From: Candidatus Omnitrophota bacterium
GTDB lineage: Bacteria; Omnitrophota; Gorgyraeia; Zapsychrales; Fredricksoniimonadaceae
Length of the DNA: 64,000 nucleotides
Assembly: GCA_903860135.1 (NCBI GenBank)
Contig: CAIOPG010000004.1
Coordinates: 85,558-149,557 of the forward strand
Reading direction: 5' to 3'
Within the stretch, counting starts at the first letter, position 1; each line of letters opens with the position of its first letter. The position numbers and the translations under genes are program-made. Shown here in pieces: positions 28,905 to 39,555 of the stretch. The notes under the pieces are model-generated. The model made no database searches, was not told where the DNA came from, and was given only the letters and a program-made list of their open reading frames with translations.

Positions 28905-29816
28905 TCAATTGCCAGCGTTTTTTGACAGGAATCCGTTCCTCATACTATTGGAACAGGCCATTTCACCGGATGAAAATATCACCACAACCGCCATACCCGC
29001 CCGCTCCATCAAGCCCAAGGCTTTCCTGGGGCCAAGGACAAAAGGCACCTTGGACCAGGCTTGGGCCTGAACCGGATCCGGATGAATAACCGTTACAGCG
29101 GCTACGCCCTCCGAAGGATACCCTGTCCGGGGATCAAGGATGTGATGATACCTTCGCCCGTCCTGTATGAAGAATCTTTCGTAATCACCGGAACCCATCA
29201 CGGCCATATTCTCAACCGCAACTGACCCGGCCACAGACTCCCCGTACGGATCCCGGATACCAATGTTCCATAAACGCTCGCCATTTCTGCCAATAACACA
29301 GATATCACCGCCGGCATCAACAAGGGCTGAAACAATGCCATGTTCTTTTAAAACACGCACCGCCTCGGCAAGCGCATAACCCTTGGCAATGCCACCGAGG
29401 TTGATCCTAACCCCCGGCACATCTTTCATAAGCTGACCAGCTTTGATCTCAAGATGACAGCACCCCACATATAAAAGAGCATCCCTGATGTCCTTCTCCG
29501 CCGGGATACTGGGCGTGCCATTGAATCCCCAGAGCTCCAGCAGAGGTGCTACCGTCATGTCAAATGCTCCTGCCGACGCCCGGCTAATCTCAAGGCCGCG
29601 TGCCGTCAGGCCAATGATCTCCTGATCCACGAGGGGCGTTCCATGATGATTGAAATGAAACAGAGGGCTCTCTGGATTAAACGCATCAAATTTAACCGCA
29701 ATGGTTGCCATCCGGTCAAGGGCGGATCGAACAGCAACACCTTCCGCGTCACCTGCCGCCCGAACCATGACATCCGTGCCCATCATCAGGCGGGTTTCAC
29801 TGGCAATGTCAATCAA
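28905..29816 (-). CDS. apbE: FAD:protein FMN transferase (ApbE), no signal peptide
   Basis: MMGT, GAFDMT, LGGIAKGY, AGGD, SGDYERF and HHILDPRTG. Confidence 0.93.
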   Translation of the reverse strand: MIDIASETRLMMGTDVMVRAAGDAEGVAVRSALDRMATIAVKFDAFNPESPLFHFNHHGTPLVDQEIIGLTARGLEISRASAGAFDMTVAPLLELWGFNGTPSIPAEKDIRDALLYVGCCHLEIKAGQLMKDVPGVRINLGGIAKGYALAEAVRVLKEHGIVSALVDAGGDICVIGRNGERLWNIGIRDPYGESVAGSVAVENMAVMGSGDYERFFIQDGRRYHHILDPRTGYPSEGVAAVTVIHPDPVQAQAWSKVPFVLGPRKALGLMERAGMAVVVIFSSGEMACSNSMRNGFLSKNAGN

Positions 29817-30405
29817 TCCGCACCTCGATGGCTGTATTTTCCTTGAGCAGGAGATATTTCACAAACAAGGTATCACCCGGCGCAATGGGCCTTGCGGGAG
29901 GCTTATGATCATCGCCACTATAAACAGCTGTCCTCGGGCTGAGGATACAGCGAAAATGCTCCCCGAAACGGCTGGTCATCATAAGGACAGCCCTGGGAGC
30001 ATCGCCTTCTCTTTCAACCACAAGTGATGCCACCCGCCCTTCAAAAGTACGATAGCCCGACGAATTAAGCGGTATATCAGGAAGGGACGCCCGCGGCGTT
30101 GCTGGCTGTGCCAGAGCAGAAACAAATACCAGTGGTGCCACAGGCTCCAGCACTCCCGACTCAGGAACAACCGGTTCCGGCACAACAGCGGACACAGGCA
30201 ACGGCGGCGGCAATGAAAATGCATCCGGGGATGCTGCCATCATATAAGAAGACGACCCCGCCGGGGACGACGCATTGGACATCTTCGGCGCAACAATCCG
30301 CCGGGTCGCACCCGCCACCGCATCAGGTCTCCCGGCATTCCTAACCGTCAAAAAAGCGGTTAGGAACAGCGTTGTGCCAACAACACACCGCCCGGATTTT
30401 CTCAT
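29809..30405 (-). CDS. Hypothetical protein with a DAVAGAT flavinylation-like motif and an OB-like C-terminal domain
   Basis: N-terminal hydrophobic stretch, motif at aa 28-34, Pro/Ser linker, beta-rich C-terminus; overlaps the apbE start. Confidence 0.6.
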   Translation of the reverse strand: MRKSGRCVVGTTLFLTAFLTVRNAGRPDAVAGATRRIVAPKMSNASSPAGSSSYMMAASPDAFSLPPPLPVSAVVPEPVVPESGVLEPVAPLVFVSALAQPATPRASLPDIPLNSSGYRTFEGRVASLVVEREGDAPRAVLMMTSRFGEHFRCILSPRTAVYSGDDHKPPARPIAPGDTLFVKYLLLKENTAIEVRID

Positions 30406-30440
30406 TTAAAATACCGCAAAACAACCATATCAACCTCTGA

Positions 30441-33400
30441 TTAACGCTCTGCCTCCTGAAAATCCAGCAAGAACTTAATATCTTCCCAGTCCAGCTTTTT
30501 GGCAATGTTTTCTTCGGATAAAACGAGCGCGCTCATCAGGCACTTCTTGCGCTTCTGAAGCTCGAGCATTTTCTCCTCAATGGTGCCGCGGGCGATGAGG
30601 TGATAGGCGAGGACGGCATTCTTCTGGCCGATGCGGTGCGTGCGATCGATGGCCTGCTGTTCCACCGCCGGATTCCACCACGGCTCATAAAGGATGACCG
30701 TATCGGCCGCTGTCAGATTCAGCCCAAGGCCGCCGACCTTAAGGCTGAGCAGGAATACTTTTACCGACGGATCGTCATTGAACCGCGCCACGCAGGCCTG
30801 GCGGTCTTTGGTCTGACCGGTCATGTATGCATAAACCACCTTCTCCTGATTCAGATGATCACGGATGATGTCGAGCATGCCGACAAACTGGCTGAACACC
30901 AGCACCCGGTGCCCTGAAGCCGTAAGTTCCCGGAGCGTTTCTTTTAACAGGTCAGTCTTCGCCGAAACACCGATCCGGTGCTTGGAGCGGATACCGGCAA
31001 GTTCCGGATGACAGCAGATCTGCCGCAAGCGCAAGAGCAACGTAAGGATGAGCATGCGGCTGCGCTCAAACCCTTTGGCCTGATACGCCGCCGAAGCTTC
31101 CCGCCGGGCTTTTTGGGCCATCGCGGCATACACCCTCGCTTGCGCCGGCGAAAGCTCACAGAATGACACCTGTTCGATCTTCTCTGGCAATTCCCGGATC
31201 ACATCCTTTTTCAGGCGCCGCAGCACAAAAGGCGCAATGCGCCGTGACAGCTCCCGGAGTTTTCCGGCATCGCCTTCCTGCGTGATGGGCATCTCATAGG
31301 AAGACCTGAAGTTTTCATATTTCCCCAGGAAAGACGGCATCAGGAAATCAAAAATCGACCAGATATCCGCGACACTGTTCTCCAACGGCGTCCCTGTCAA
31401 GGCAAGGCGATGGCTGGAATTCAACTGTTTGGTCACACGGGCATTGATGGTGTAGCGGTTCTTGATATTTTGCGCTTCATCAAGGATAACGTAATGAAAA
31501 TCATGCCGGTGATACTGCTCGATATCACGCCGCAAAAGCGCATAAGACGTAATGACAACCCGCGCCCCCGGGATCTCTTCGAGCGCCGAAGACCTGTCCT
31601 GCCCGGTGATCACCAGAAGCTTTAACCCCGGCAAAAACTTGCGGATCTCCGCTTCCCAGTTCCACACGAGCGTCGTCGGACATACGATCAAAGACGGACG
31701 GGCACAACCCGCATCGACATCCTGCTGGATCATGGTCAACGCCTGCAAGGTTTTACCCAACCCCATTTCATCCGCCAGTATGCCGCCGCAGCGGAACTTC
31801 TTCAGGAAAGCCATCCAGCTGACGCCATGCCGCTGATAATCGCGCAGAACGCCTTCTACCGACGCCGGGATCACCGGTGCCTCGATCCCGGTAAAATTCC
31901 TCAGGTCAGCGCACAACTTTCTTGTGGTTGTATCCGCATCGACGGCAACGCCGCCAGCCTCCAACTCATCTATAAGATAAGGCAGGTGCGCCAGCATCAA
32001 CCGCCCCTTGTTGTCACGGCCTTCTAAAAGATCCGCAATGCGGCTGAACGCCGCCGCATCGAGCGTCACATATTCACCAGTCTTAAGCCGCACGAAATTT
32101 CGCCCAAAGGCCGCATGATCACGAAGTGCCTCGAGCGGGATAGCCACATCTCCGTCGACCCCTGTGCAGACAATATCACAGGCGAACCAGTCGATCCCTG
32201 TGGCGGTCAGCCTGACACGCGGACGCAGAGCCTCGCCGCCCCGATACAAAGCTTTAGCCTTGCTGGATAAATAAACATCCCCGTCTCGGGCGAGCACAGG
32301 CACATGCTTGGAAAGAAAATCAAACACGGCCTCCGCGCCGGTAACACCAAACCGGTCCGGGCGCGGCCCCGGAACACAGGCATACTGTTTGACAAGCGCC
32401 TCTGCGCAAGCATCCTCACGACCCGGATCACGCCGCAGCAAGATACACGCTTCCGCCGTAGACTGCTCGACAAAGAACTCCCTGCGGTCTGGGGCATGTT
32501 CAACCCGCTGTCCGGCATAATCAAAGGCCAGGGTAATGGCCAGGCCGTCACGTTCCACATCAACGGCATAACATGCCCGCGGCGCCATATTTTCTACGCG
32601 CACCGCATGAACCCCTGGGTCATCCATGACAATATCCGCAAAAGCCTTAAGGCCCGGCAAAATACCTGCCAGGAAATACTGCCGCTCTGTCGCTGATAAA
32701 ACCTGTTCTTGATTAAGAAAATGCTCCAGGAGGCGGCGATCGATCCGGGGATCGACCAAATGGAAAGCCAGGGACGCTTCCTCCAACAGCCAGCAGCGGC
32801 TGCCCGAAAAGATATCTTTCAAAAGGACCGGGGCATCTGACGGAGCCGCAGGGACAAGGTGTGCGGTCACCCCCATACTACCGTTGCCGACCGCGCGGAT
32901 GAGCAGGCGCAGACCGACGGGCGAATCCTGCACCAACGCAAAGGCGCGCCCGCTTTCAGCATCGATCAGGTCGATCCCTGTCTCTTGGCAAACCGTATCC
33001 AGCAATGCGCTCAGCTGAAATGGCTGCAGGCGCCATGACCTCAAAGCCCCGCCGCCAGCCATGCCGGCAAGAAAACCCCGCACCAGCTTCAGGAAATAGT
33101 CCTGCCCGTCAGAAAACATCGTTATCGACGGAAGCTGTTCATTGAAGATGTGCCGTTTGGGCGCCAGAAAAGCATCCATATCCGCGATCTTGTGCAAACG
33201 CCCCTGGTGCACCACGCCCAGGCTGAACGGGATGCCCCGGCCGGAAGGTATCCGCAGGCCTTTTACTGTCAGCATCAACTGCAGCCGCGGCGCATCATAC
33301 GCGGTATGCAGGAAATCCTTGAGCGCAGTATCAGGGCCGCCCGCCTTTGCCCGCACCTTCGCCGGATCCCTGGCAACGGCTGGGCGCTGTCCCCGGGCAA

Positions 33401-33707
33401 GCAGGGCGGCGTTCACGCCTTCAACGCTGTCTTTGGTATCGTGATCGATCAGGTACAGCAGCACCGCCACGCCGTGCTTGCAAAGCCCCCCCAGATCATA
33501 CGGGCAGGTGCAACGCACCACCGGCACGCTCCCGCCCAAGCCCGCCGTCACCGTATACGGACGCCGCCGGGACCCCGCCACCTCCGCCCGCAAGGCATCA
33601 CCTTCCCACGTTACGGAACGTACCATCCTCGCCGTATAATACTCCTGCCCCCGCTGGAATATCGTTCTGCCCGCCATCCGCTGAACCTGCAGGCGTGTTA
33701 TAAACAT
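30441..33707 (-). CDS. SWIM zinc finger + SNF2-family helicase
   Basis: CTCP..CKH SWIM; LADEMGLGKT, DEAQ, TGTPLEN and QAIDRTHRIGQ. Confidence 0.95.
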   Translation of the reverse strand: MFITRLQVQRMAGRTIFQRGQEYYTARMVRSVTWEGDALRAEVAGSRRRPYTVTAGLGGSVPVVRCTCPYDLGGLCKHGVAVLLYLIDHDTKDSVEGVNAALLARGQRPAVARDPAKVRAKAGGPDTALKDFLHTAYDAPRLQLMLTVKGLRIPSGRGIPFSLGVVHQGRLHKIADMDAFLAPKRHIFNEQLPSITMFSDGQDYFLKLVRGFLAGMAGGGALRSWRLQPFQLSALLDTVCQETGIDLIDAESGRAFALVQDSPVGLRLLIRAVGNGSMGVTAHLVPAAPSDAPVLLKDIFSGSRCWLLEEASLAFHLVDPRIDRRLLEHFLNQEQVLSATERQYFLAGILPGLKAFADIVMDDPGVHAVRVENMAPRACYAVDVERDGLAITLAFDYAGQRVEHAPDRREFFVEQSTAEACILLRRDPGREDACAEALVKQYACVPGPRPDRFGVTGAEAVFDFLSKHVPVLARDGDVYLSSKAKALYRGGEALRPRVRLTATGIDWFACDIVCTGVDGDVAIPLEALRDHAAFGRNFVRLKTGEYVTLDAAAFSRIADLLEGRDNKGRLMLAHLPYLIDELEAGGVAVDADTTTRKLCADLRNFTGIEAPVIPASVEGVLRDYQRHGVSWMAFLKKFRCGGILADEMGLGKTLQALTMIQQDVDAGCARPSLIVCPTTLVWNWEAEIRKFLPGLKLLVITGQDRSSALEEIPGARVVITSYALLRRDIEQYHRHDFHYVILDEAQNIKNRYTINARVTKQLNSSHRLALTGTPLENSVADIWSIFDFLMPSFLGKYENFRSSYEMPITQEGDAGKLRELSRRIAPFVLRRLKKDVIRELPEKIEQVSFCELSPAQARVYAAMAQKARREASAAYQAKGFERSRMLILTLLLRLRQICCHPELAGIRSKHRIGVSAKTDLLKETLRELTASGHRVLVFSQFVGMLDIIRDHLNQEKVVYAYMTGQTKDRQACVARFNDDPSVKVFLLSLKVGGLGLNLTAADTVILYEPWWNPAVEQQAIDRTHRIGQKNAVLAYHLIARGTIEEKMLELQKRKKCLMSALVLSEENIAKKLDWEDIKFLLDFQEAER

Positions 33708-36700
33708 GCGGTACCATGGCCAAGCCCTGGCCCCTTCACGGTATTCTTGACTTGCCTGGAATGATCCGCGGCCAACAGCATATACATGGCCGGCACCACA
33801 AAAAGGGTAAAAAGCGTGCCAATGGCAATGCCACTGGATATGACAAGCCCCATGTTGAAACGTCCGGCCGCCCCCGCGCCTGAAGCCAGCACCAGCGGCA
33901 TCACTCCGAAAACCATGGCCGCCGTGGTCATCAAGATCGGGCGCAGGCGAATGCCGGCGGCGGCGGCAATGGCTTCACGCCGTGATCGACCCTCACGTTG
34001 AAGGTCGTTGGCAAACTGCACGATCAGGATCCCGTGCTTGCTAATAAGGCCGATCAGGGTGATAAGACCGACCTGGGTAAAAATATTCAGGCTCGCGCCC
34101 CCCACGCCCAGGCTGATAAAAATAAGGGCTCCGCAAATGGACATCGGCACGCTCACCAGGATGATCAGCGGATCACGGAAACTTTCAAACAAGGCGGCCA
34201 GCGCCAGAAAGATGATGAGCAAGGCAAAAAAGAAAGTGACCAGCAAGGCGCTCGACTCCTTGACGAACTGGCGTGACTGCCCGGCATGGTCAACGCTGTA
34301 CCCCGATGGCAAAACTTCTTGCCCGATCGCCTTGAGTTTTTCCAGGGCCTGCCCTAAGGGGACGCCGGGCATCTGGACGCCTGCAATGGTGGCGGCATTA
34401 AGCTGTTGAAAATGATTCAGCGACCTGGCCACAACCCCTGACTTCAGGCTGATGATCGTCGAGGCCGGCACCACCGCCCCGCCAGCTGTCGTGATGTAAT
34501 AATCTTTCAACTGACCAGCGTTGAGGCGTTCCCGGCGCATGACCTGCGGGATCACCTTGTAAGACCGCCCGGAAAGACTGAAATAATTGACATAGCCACC
34601 GCCGAGCATCGACCCGAGGGCACTGCCGGTATCGCGCATGGATAAACCCAGCTGTGCCGCCTTGTCGCGGTCGATCTGTATTTCGGTCTGCGGCTTGTCG
34701 ATCTTCAGGTCAGTATCAATGAACATGAACATCCCGCTCGCCCGGGCCTTGTCCAGAAAAGCCGCAGCAACTGCCTCGAGGCGAGCCGCAGATTCCGTTG
34801 TCCCGATGACAAACTGCACCGGAAGCCCCTCGCCGCCACCAGGCAACGGAGGCGGCAGGAAAGACACGCCGCTAACCCCTGCGATCCCGCTGAGTTTCAG
34901 CTGAAAAGCCTCCTGGAACGCCGCCGCAGAACGCCGGCGCGCCTCCCAGGGTTTAAGCACGATCCCCGCCAGCCCGGCATTGAGCCCGCCCAGGCCGTCG
35001 ATCTGAAAAACATGTTCCGTCTCAGGATAAGCCTTGATCACGTTATACACCTGCCGGGAATAAAGTGCTGTCTGTTCGAGCGACGCGTTAGGCGCGCCGG
35101 TATACATCGCAAGTACAAAACCCTGGTCTTCCTGAGGCGCTAGCTCCTGGCGCGCATTCTGGTACAGGAAACAAGCGCTGACCAACACCACCAGGGCGAA
35201 CACCGCCACCACCGGCAGGTAATTCAGGACCCCCGACAACATCTTTTCATAAGCCCCGCGCAAGCGTTCAAACAACCGGTCGACCATATCCGTAAAAGAC
35301 CGGCGCCCTGTCAGGCTGTGGGGTTTGAGCATCTTCGCGCACATCATAGGTGATAGCGTGAGCGCGACCACCGCCGATATCACGACCGCCCCAACCAGGG
35401 TGAACGCAAATTCCGTGAACAGGGCCCCTGTCAGCCCGCCCATAAAACCAATAGGGACATAGACCGCCGCCAGCACGATGGTCATCGCGATCACAGGGCT
35501 CGCCAGTTCACGCGCACCGCTCAGTGCCGCCTCATGCGGTGCCAAGCCAGCCTCGATGTGGCGGTGGATATTTTCCACCACAATGATCGCATCATCGACC
35601 ACAAGCCCTATCGCCAGGACCAGTGCCAGGAGCGTCAACAGATTGATCGTATACCCAAAAACAAGCATCATGAACAATGCCCCCACCAGCGACAACGGCA
35701 TTGCCACCGCCGGGATAATGACCGAACGGAACGATCCCAGAAAAAGGAAGATCACAAAGGTTACGATCAGCAACGCTTCAACCAGCGTCTTGACGACCTC
35801 TTGGATCGAACTGTTGATGTAATTGGTTGCATCATAAATGACCCGGCCATCAAGGCCCTGCGGCAACTGGGCCGCGATGTCAGGGAAAGCCTTGCGGACA
35901 CCGGCAATGACCGTCAGCAGATTCGCGCTCGGTGCCACCTTGATGCCGATGAAGACCGCATTGTCGCCGTCAAAAGCCACGGCCGTGTCGTAATCCTCTG
36001 ACCCCAGCGTGACGTTGGCCACATCCCCCAAGCGCACAATGGCCCCGCCGGCGGATTTGATGACAAGCTCCCGGAACTGCGCCACCGAATGCAGGCCGGT
36101 GGCCGCCACCAGATCAGCGGTCACCATCATGCCCTGGGTGCGGCCGACCGCCGATATGAAATCATTGGCCGCCAGCGCCTCGCTGACATCCACGGCCGTG
36201 ACCCCGCGCGCCGCCATCTTTTGCGGATCAAGCCAAGCCCGGAGCGCAAACTGGCGCCCGCCGAGGATCTCGGCGGTCTGCACCCCTTCGACCGTCTGCA
36301 GTTTAGGCTGGACAACGCGGATAAGGTAATCCGTGATCTTGTTGGTTTCAAGGACCTGGCTGTAAAAACCGAGATACATGGAATCGGTAGACTCACCGAC
36401 CGCCACGGTGATCGCCGGCTGTTGCGCCTCTTTGGGCAACTGGTTCACCACCGCATTGACCCTGGCATTGATCTCGGTCAAGGCCTTGTTGGCATCATAA
36501 TTCAGGCGCAGGTTGACCTTGATCTGGCTCACGTTCGACGTGCTCGCGGAGGTCATATAGTCGATGCCGTTGGCCTGGGCAATGGCACTCTCGAGCGGCG
36601 TGGTGATAAAGCCCGCGACCAGCGCAGGGTCAGCACCGGTATAGACGGTCGTGACCGTGACAACCGCGTTCTGGGTTTCAGGATACTCGCGCACCCCCAG

Positions 36701-36793
36701 AAGCCCGGCCGCGCGCAGCCCCAGCACCAGGATGAACAGGCTCACCACCGTTGCCAGGACCGGACGTTTAACAAAGATATCAGTAAAACTCAT
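33698..36793 (-). CDS. RND efflux transporter permease (MexW/MexI-like)
   Basis: GLVVDDAIIVVEN, ALTLSP, GLISKHGIL and RLRPILMT. Confidence 0.95.
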   Translation of the reverse strand: MSFTDIFVKRPVLATVVSLFILVLGLRAAGLLGVREYPETQNAVVTVTTVYTGADPALVAGFITTPLESAIAQANGIDYMTSASTSNVSQIKVNLRLNYDANKALTEINARVNAVVNQLPKEAQQPAITVAVGESTDSMYLGFYSQVLETNKITDYLIRVVQPKLQTVEGVQTAEILGGRQFALRAWLDPQKMAARGVTAVDVSEALAANDFISAVGRTQGMMVTADLVAATGLHSVAQFRELVIKSAGGAIVRLGDVANVTLGSEDYDTAVAFDGDNAVFIGIKVAPSANLLTVIAGVRKAFPDIAAQLPQGLDGRVIYDATNYINSSIQEVVKTLVEALLIVTFVIFLFLGSFRSVIIPAVAMPLSLVGALFMMLVFGYTINLLTLLALVLAIGLVVDDAIIVVENIHRHIEAGLAPHEAALSGARELASPVIAMTIVLAAVYVPIGFMGGLTGALFTEFAFTLVGAVVISAVVALTLSPMMCAKMLKPHSLTGRRSFTDMVDRLFERLRGAYEKMLSGVLNYLPVVAVFALVVLVSACFLYQNARQELAPQEDQGFVLAMYTGAPNASLEQTALYSRQVYNVIKAYPETEHVFQIDGLGGLNAGLAGIVLKPWEARRRSAAAFQEAFQLKLSGIAGVSGVSFLPPPLPGGGEGLPVQFVIGTTESAARLEAVAAAFLDKARASGMFMFIDTDLKIDKPQTEIQIDRDKAAQLGLSMRDTGSALGSMLGGGYVNYFSLSGRSYKVIPQVMRRERLNAGQLKDYYITTAGGAVVPASTIISLKSGVVARSLNHFQQLNAATIAGVQMPGVPLGQALEKLKAIGQEVLPSGYSVDHAGQSRQFVKESSALLVTFFFALLIIFLALAALFESFRDPLIILVSVPMSICGALIFISLGVGGASLNIFTQVGLITLIGLISKHGILIVQFANDLQREGRSRREAIAAAAGIRLRPILMTTAAMVFGVMPLVLASGAGAAGRFNMGLVISSGIAIGTLFTLFVVPAMYMLLAADHSRQVKNTVKGPGLGHGTACL

Positions 36794-36817
36794 GCGGCTT
36801 TTTCCCCTCGATTAAAC

Positions 36818-37948
36818 TTACTGGTCAACCGGTGCCGGCGCAGGATCGTTGCCCGGCTGAACCTGGTTGTCAACCATGACAATACTGCCGTTGCGGAGCT
36901 TGTGCTGGCCGCTCGAAACGACCGTGTCACCTGCGCTGATCCCCTTCAGGACGCTCAGCTGATCTCCGCGCGTCTCACCGACCGTAATGAAAATCTGCCG
37001 GGCCTTCATCACAGACACCCCTTGCGCCTCAGGCGCGGAGGCATCGACAACAAATACCGTCTCGCCATAAGGATTGAAAGCCACGGCGGTCTGGGGCAGG
37101 GTGATGTATTGAACGGTCGCTCCGGCCTCGATCACAACAGAAACGAACATGCCCGCCAATAATTCATGCGCCGGGTTAGGGATCAAGGCCTCAACCCGCA
37201 CATTACGGGTATCGGCTTCGATCCGGCTGTTGATCGCCGTGATCGCACCTGAAAAAACACGGCCGGGAAAAGCATCAATAGAAACGCTGACCGCCTGCCC
37301 GACGGCAAGACGGAATAATTCCTGTTGTGGCAGGAAGAAATCCGCATACACTGCATCAAGGGCCTGCAGGGCCACGATCTTTTCCCCCGCATTAAGATAC
37401 TGACCGGTGCTAACCGCGCTGATCCCCAGCTTACCGCTGAAAGGAGCCCTGATCTTTTTCTTGGCCACAACAGCGGCCTGTTCTGCCTGACGCGCCCGGC
37501 GGCCTTTCAGTTCCGCCGCATCAGCGTCAACAACCGCTTGGCTGACCGCCTGGATTTTCAACTGTTTCCTGTCACGGTCATAGACTGTCTGTGCCTGTTC
37601 AACGGCCGCTTCGAGTGCCTGAAGCTGGGCCATATCCGTCGCCGCATTCAGATCCAGCAACACCTGCCCGGCTTTAACCTCAACACCGGATTTGATATAA
37701 ACCGCCTCAACGATCCCCGGGATCTCACTGGCCACATCGATCCCCTGCACCGCCCGTAAACTGCCCGCCGCCCTGATCCTGGGTTGCCAGGACTGCAGCT
37801 CAGCCTTGACCGTGGCAACAACCACTGGCGGTACCGGCATCGAAGCAAAATATTTCTTCATCATATAAGAGCCCACCGCCTGATACCCGAGAATGCCGCC
37901 GAAAACAATCCCGGCGACAACAAGCATGACAAACATTTTCCTGGCCAT
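36818..37948 (-). CDS. RND periplasmic adaptor (MFP)
   Basis: IRAPFSG lipoyl halves; DTRNVRVEA; located between the OMF and RND genes. Confidence 0.93.
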   Translation of the reverse strand: MARKMFVMLVVAGIVFGGILGYQAVGSYMMKKYFASMPVPPVVVATVKAELQSWQPRIRAAGSLRAVQGIDVASEIPGIVEAVYIKSGVEVKAGQVLLDLNAATDMAQLQALEAAVEQAQTVYDRDRKQLKIQAVSQAVVDADAAELKGRRARQAEQAAVVAKKKIRAPFSGKLGISAVSTGQYLNAGEKIVALQALDAVYADFFLPQQELFRLAVGQAVSVSIDAFPGRVFSGAITAINSRIEADTRNVRVEALIPNPAHELLAGMFVSVVIEAGATVQYITLPQTAVAFNPYGETVFVVDASAPEAQGVSVMKARQIFITVGETRGDQLSVLKGISAGDTVVSSGQHKLRNGSIVMVDNQVQPGNDPAPAPVDQ

Positions 37949-37952
37949 ATAA

Positions 37953-39389
37953 CTACTCCTTTAAGGCAACCCCTGATCCCTCGGCGGCGCGATGCCACCA
38001 ACCGCCCCCTAACGCTTGAAATAATGCCGCCGCATCGGCCAGGCGTGCCGCCCGGGCCTCGATGAGGCCGATACGCGCCTGCTGGTACTGACGCTCCGCA
38101 TTCAAAAGCAAACTGTAACTCACAGCACCAACCGCCATTTGCTGCTGTGTCATGTCGAGCGCCGCGCCGGCAGCGGCCAGGGCATCGGTGCAAGCCTGGA
38201 GCGTCCGGGCGTCGGTTCCCAGCGCGCGCAAGACATCAGCCACATCGGCATAGGCCAGGAACACAACCTGGCGGAACTGCGCGCTGGCCGCGTCCAATGC
38301 CGCCAACGCTGCCCGGCGTTCGGCACGCAAGCGCCCGCCGTCGATCACCGGCTGAACAAGCCCCGCCCCGAAACTCCATACAACGCTATTGGCATTAAAA
38401 AAAGCCGCGGCCTGCCCGGACTGGGAGCCGTAACTCCCGTTCAACGTGATCTGCGGATAAAGATTCGCGGCAGCCACACCCGCCCGGGCACTGGCCGCCT
38501 GCACCAGCGCCTCGGCAGCCCTGATGTCCGGGCGCTGACGCACCAGCGAAGACGACAAAGCGATCGGCAACACCGCCGGCTCACTGATCGATGCCAGATC
38601 AAACCGCGGCCCTGCCGCCTCTTCTGCCGGAAACTTTCCAGCCAGAACCATGCGCTGATGCCGCACCTGAAAAAGCTCTTTCTCGACCGGCGGCACCGCC
38701 GCCCGGGTCTGTTCCACCTGGGCACGCCACGACAAAACCTCCGCGCGCGCCACACCGCCCAGGGCCATCTGCGCATCGAGCAGTCCCAGCTGTTTTTCTT
38801 CGGATATGAGGATAGCCTTTAAGGCCGCCAGCTGTTCGCGCAGGGCGGCTTCACGGATCACCGTCGTTACAATATTAGCCGCCAGTGACAGGCGGACTGC
38901 CTCAAGCTGAAAATTCTGATAATCCACCCTGGCCTTCAGGTCCTCGAGCGCCCGGCGGCCACCGCCAAAGAAATCAAAAGCATACCCCACATTAACCGAA
39001 GCATGGTGAAGGTCAAAGACGCCCCCCCCGCTGTCATTGGACAAGCCTGCCGCCGCCGGAGAGCTCTTCTGCCGCGCCGACGATAACACCGCCGTTACCT
39101 CCGGGTAACGCACACGCCCCGCACGGGCATTATAATTTTCCTGCGCTTCACGCAACGCCGCCTGCGCCGCTTCGAGTGTCGGGTTTTGCGCGAAAGCGGC
39201 GCGGATCATGCGGTCCAGTTCTTCCGACTTAAAAAGTGCCCACCACTGCGCCGGAACATCTTCCCCTGCCACCGAGGCCACTGCCACAGGCACCGCAGGC
39301 ACACGCACCGCCGGCACCGCCGCACAACCGCCCAGCCCCAGCCACACAAGCCCCAGCCCCACCTTCCAGGCACACCCCATAACACGCAT
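37953..39389 (-). CDS. NodT/OprM-type outer membrane factor lipoprotein
   Basis: Lipobox LGGC; WWALF, RPDIRAAE and LFQALGGGW. Confidence 0.93.
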   Translation of the reverse strand: MRVMGCAWKVGLGLVWLGLGGCAAVPAVRVPAVPVAVASVAGEDVPAQWWALFKSEELDRMIRAAFAQNPTLEAAQAALREAQENYNARAGRVRYPEVTAVLSSARQKSSPAAAGLSNDSGGGVFDLHHASVNVGYAFDFFGGGRRALEDLKARVDYQNFQLEAVRLSLAANIVTTVIREAALREQLAALKAILISEEKQLGLLDAQMALGGVARAEVLSWRAQVEQTRAAVPPVEKELFQVRHQRMVLAGKFPAEEAAGPRFDLASISEPAVLPIALSSSLVRQRPDIRAAEALVQAASARAGVAAANLYPQITLNGSYGSQSGQAAAFFNANSVVWSFGAGLVQPVIDGGRLRAERRAALAALDAASAQFRQVVFLAYADVADVLRALGTDARTLQACTDALAAAGAALDMTQQQMAVGAVSYSLLLNAERQYQQARIGLIEARAARLADAAALFQALGGGWWHRAAEGSGVALKE

Positions 39390-39555
39390 CCTTTCCCTGA
39401 TCGACGATCAATTGATCGCCCCAAAATCACGCGTAAAGCACTTAACAAGAAATCGTTACATATTCTCTAAAAGATCAATCGAAACGGCTTAAGAATATCA
39501 CGTCCATTAAGGAAGTCAAATAACGGGTTCGACGATCAGAATATATCGGACAATC

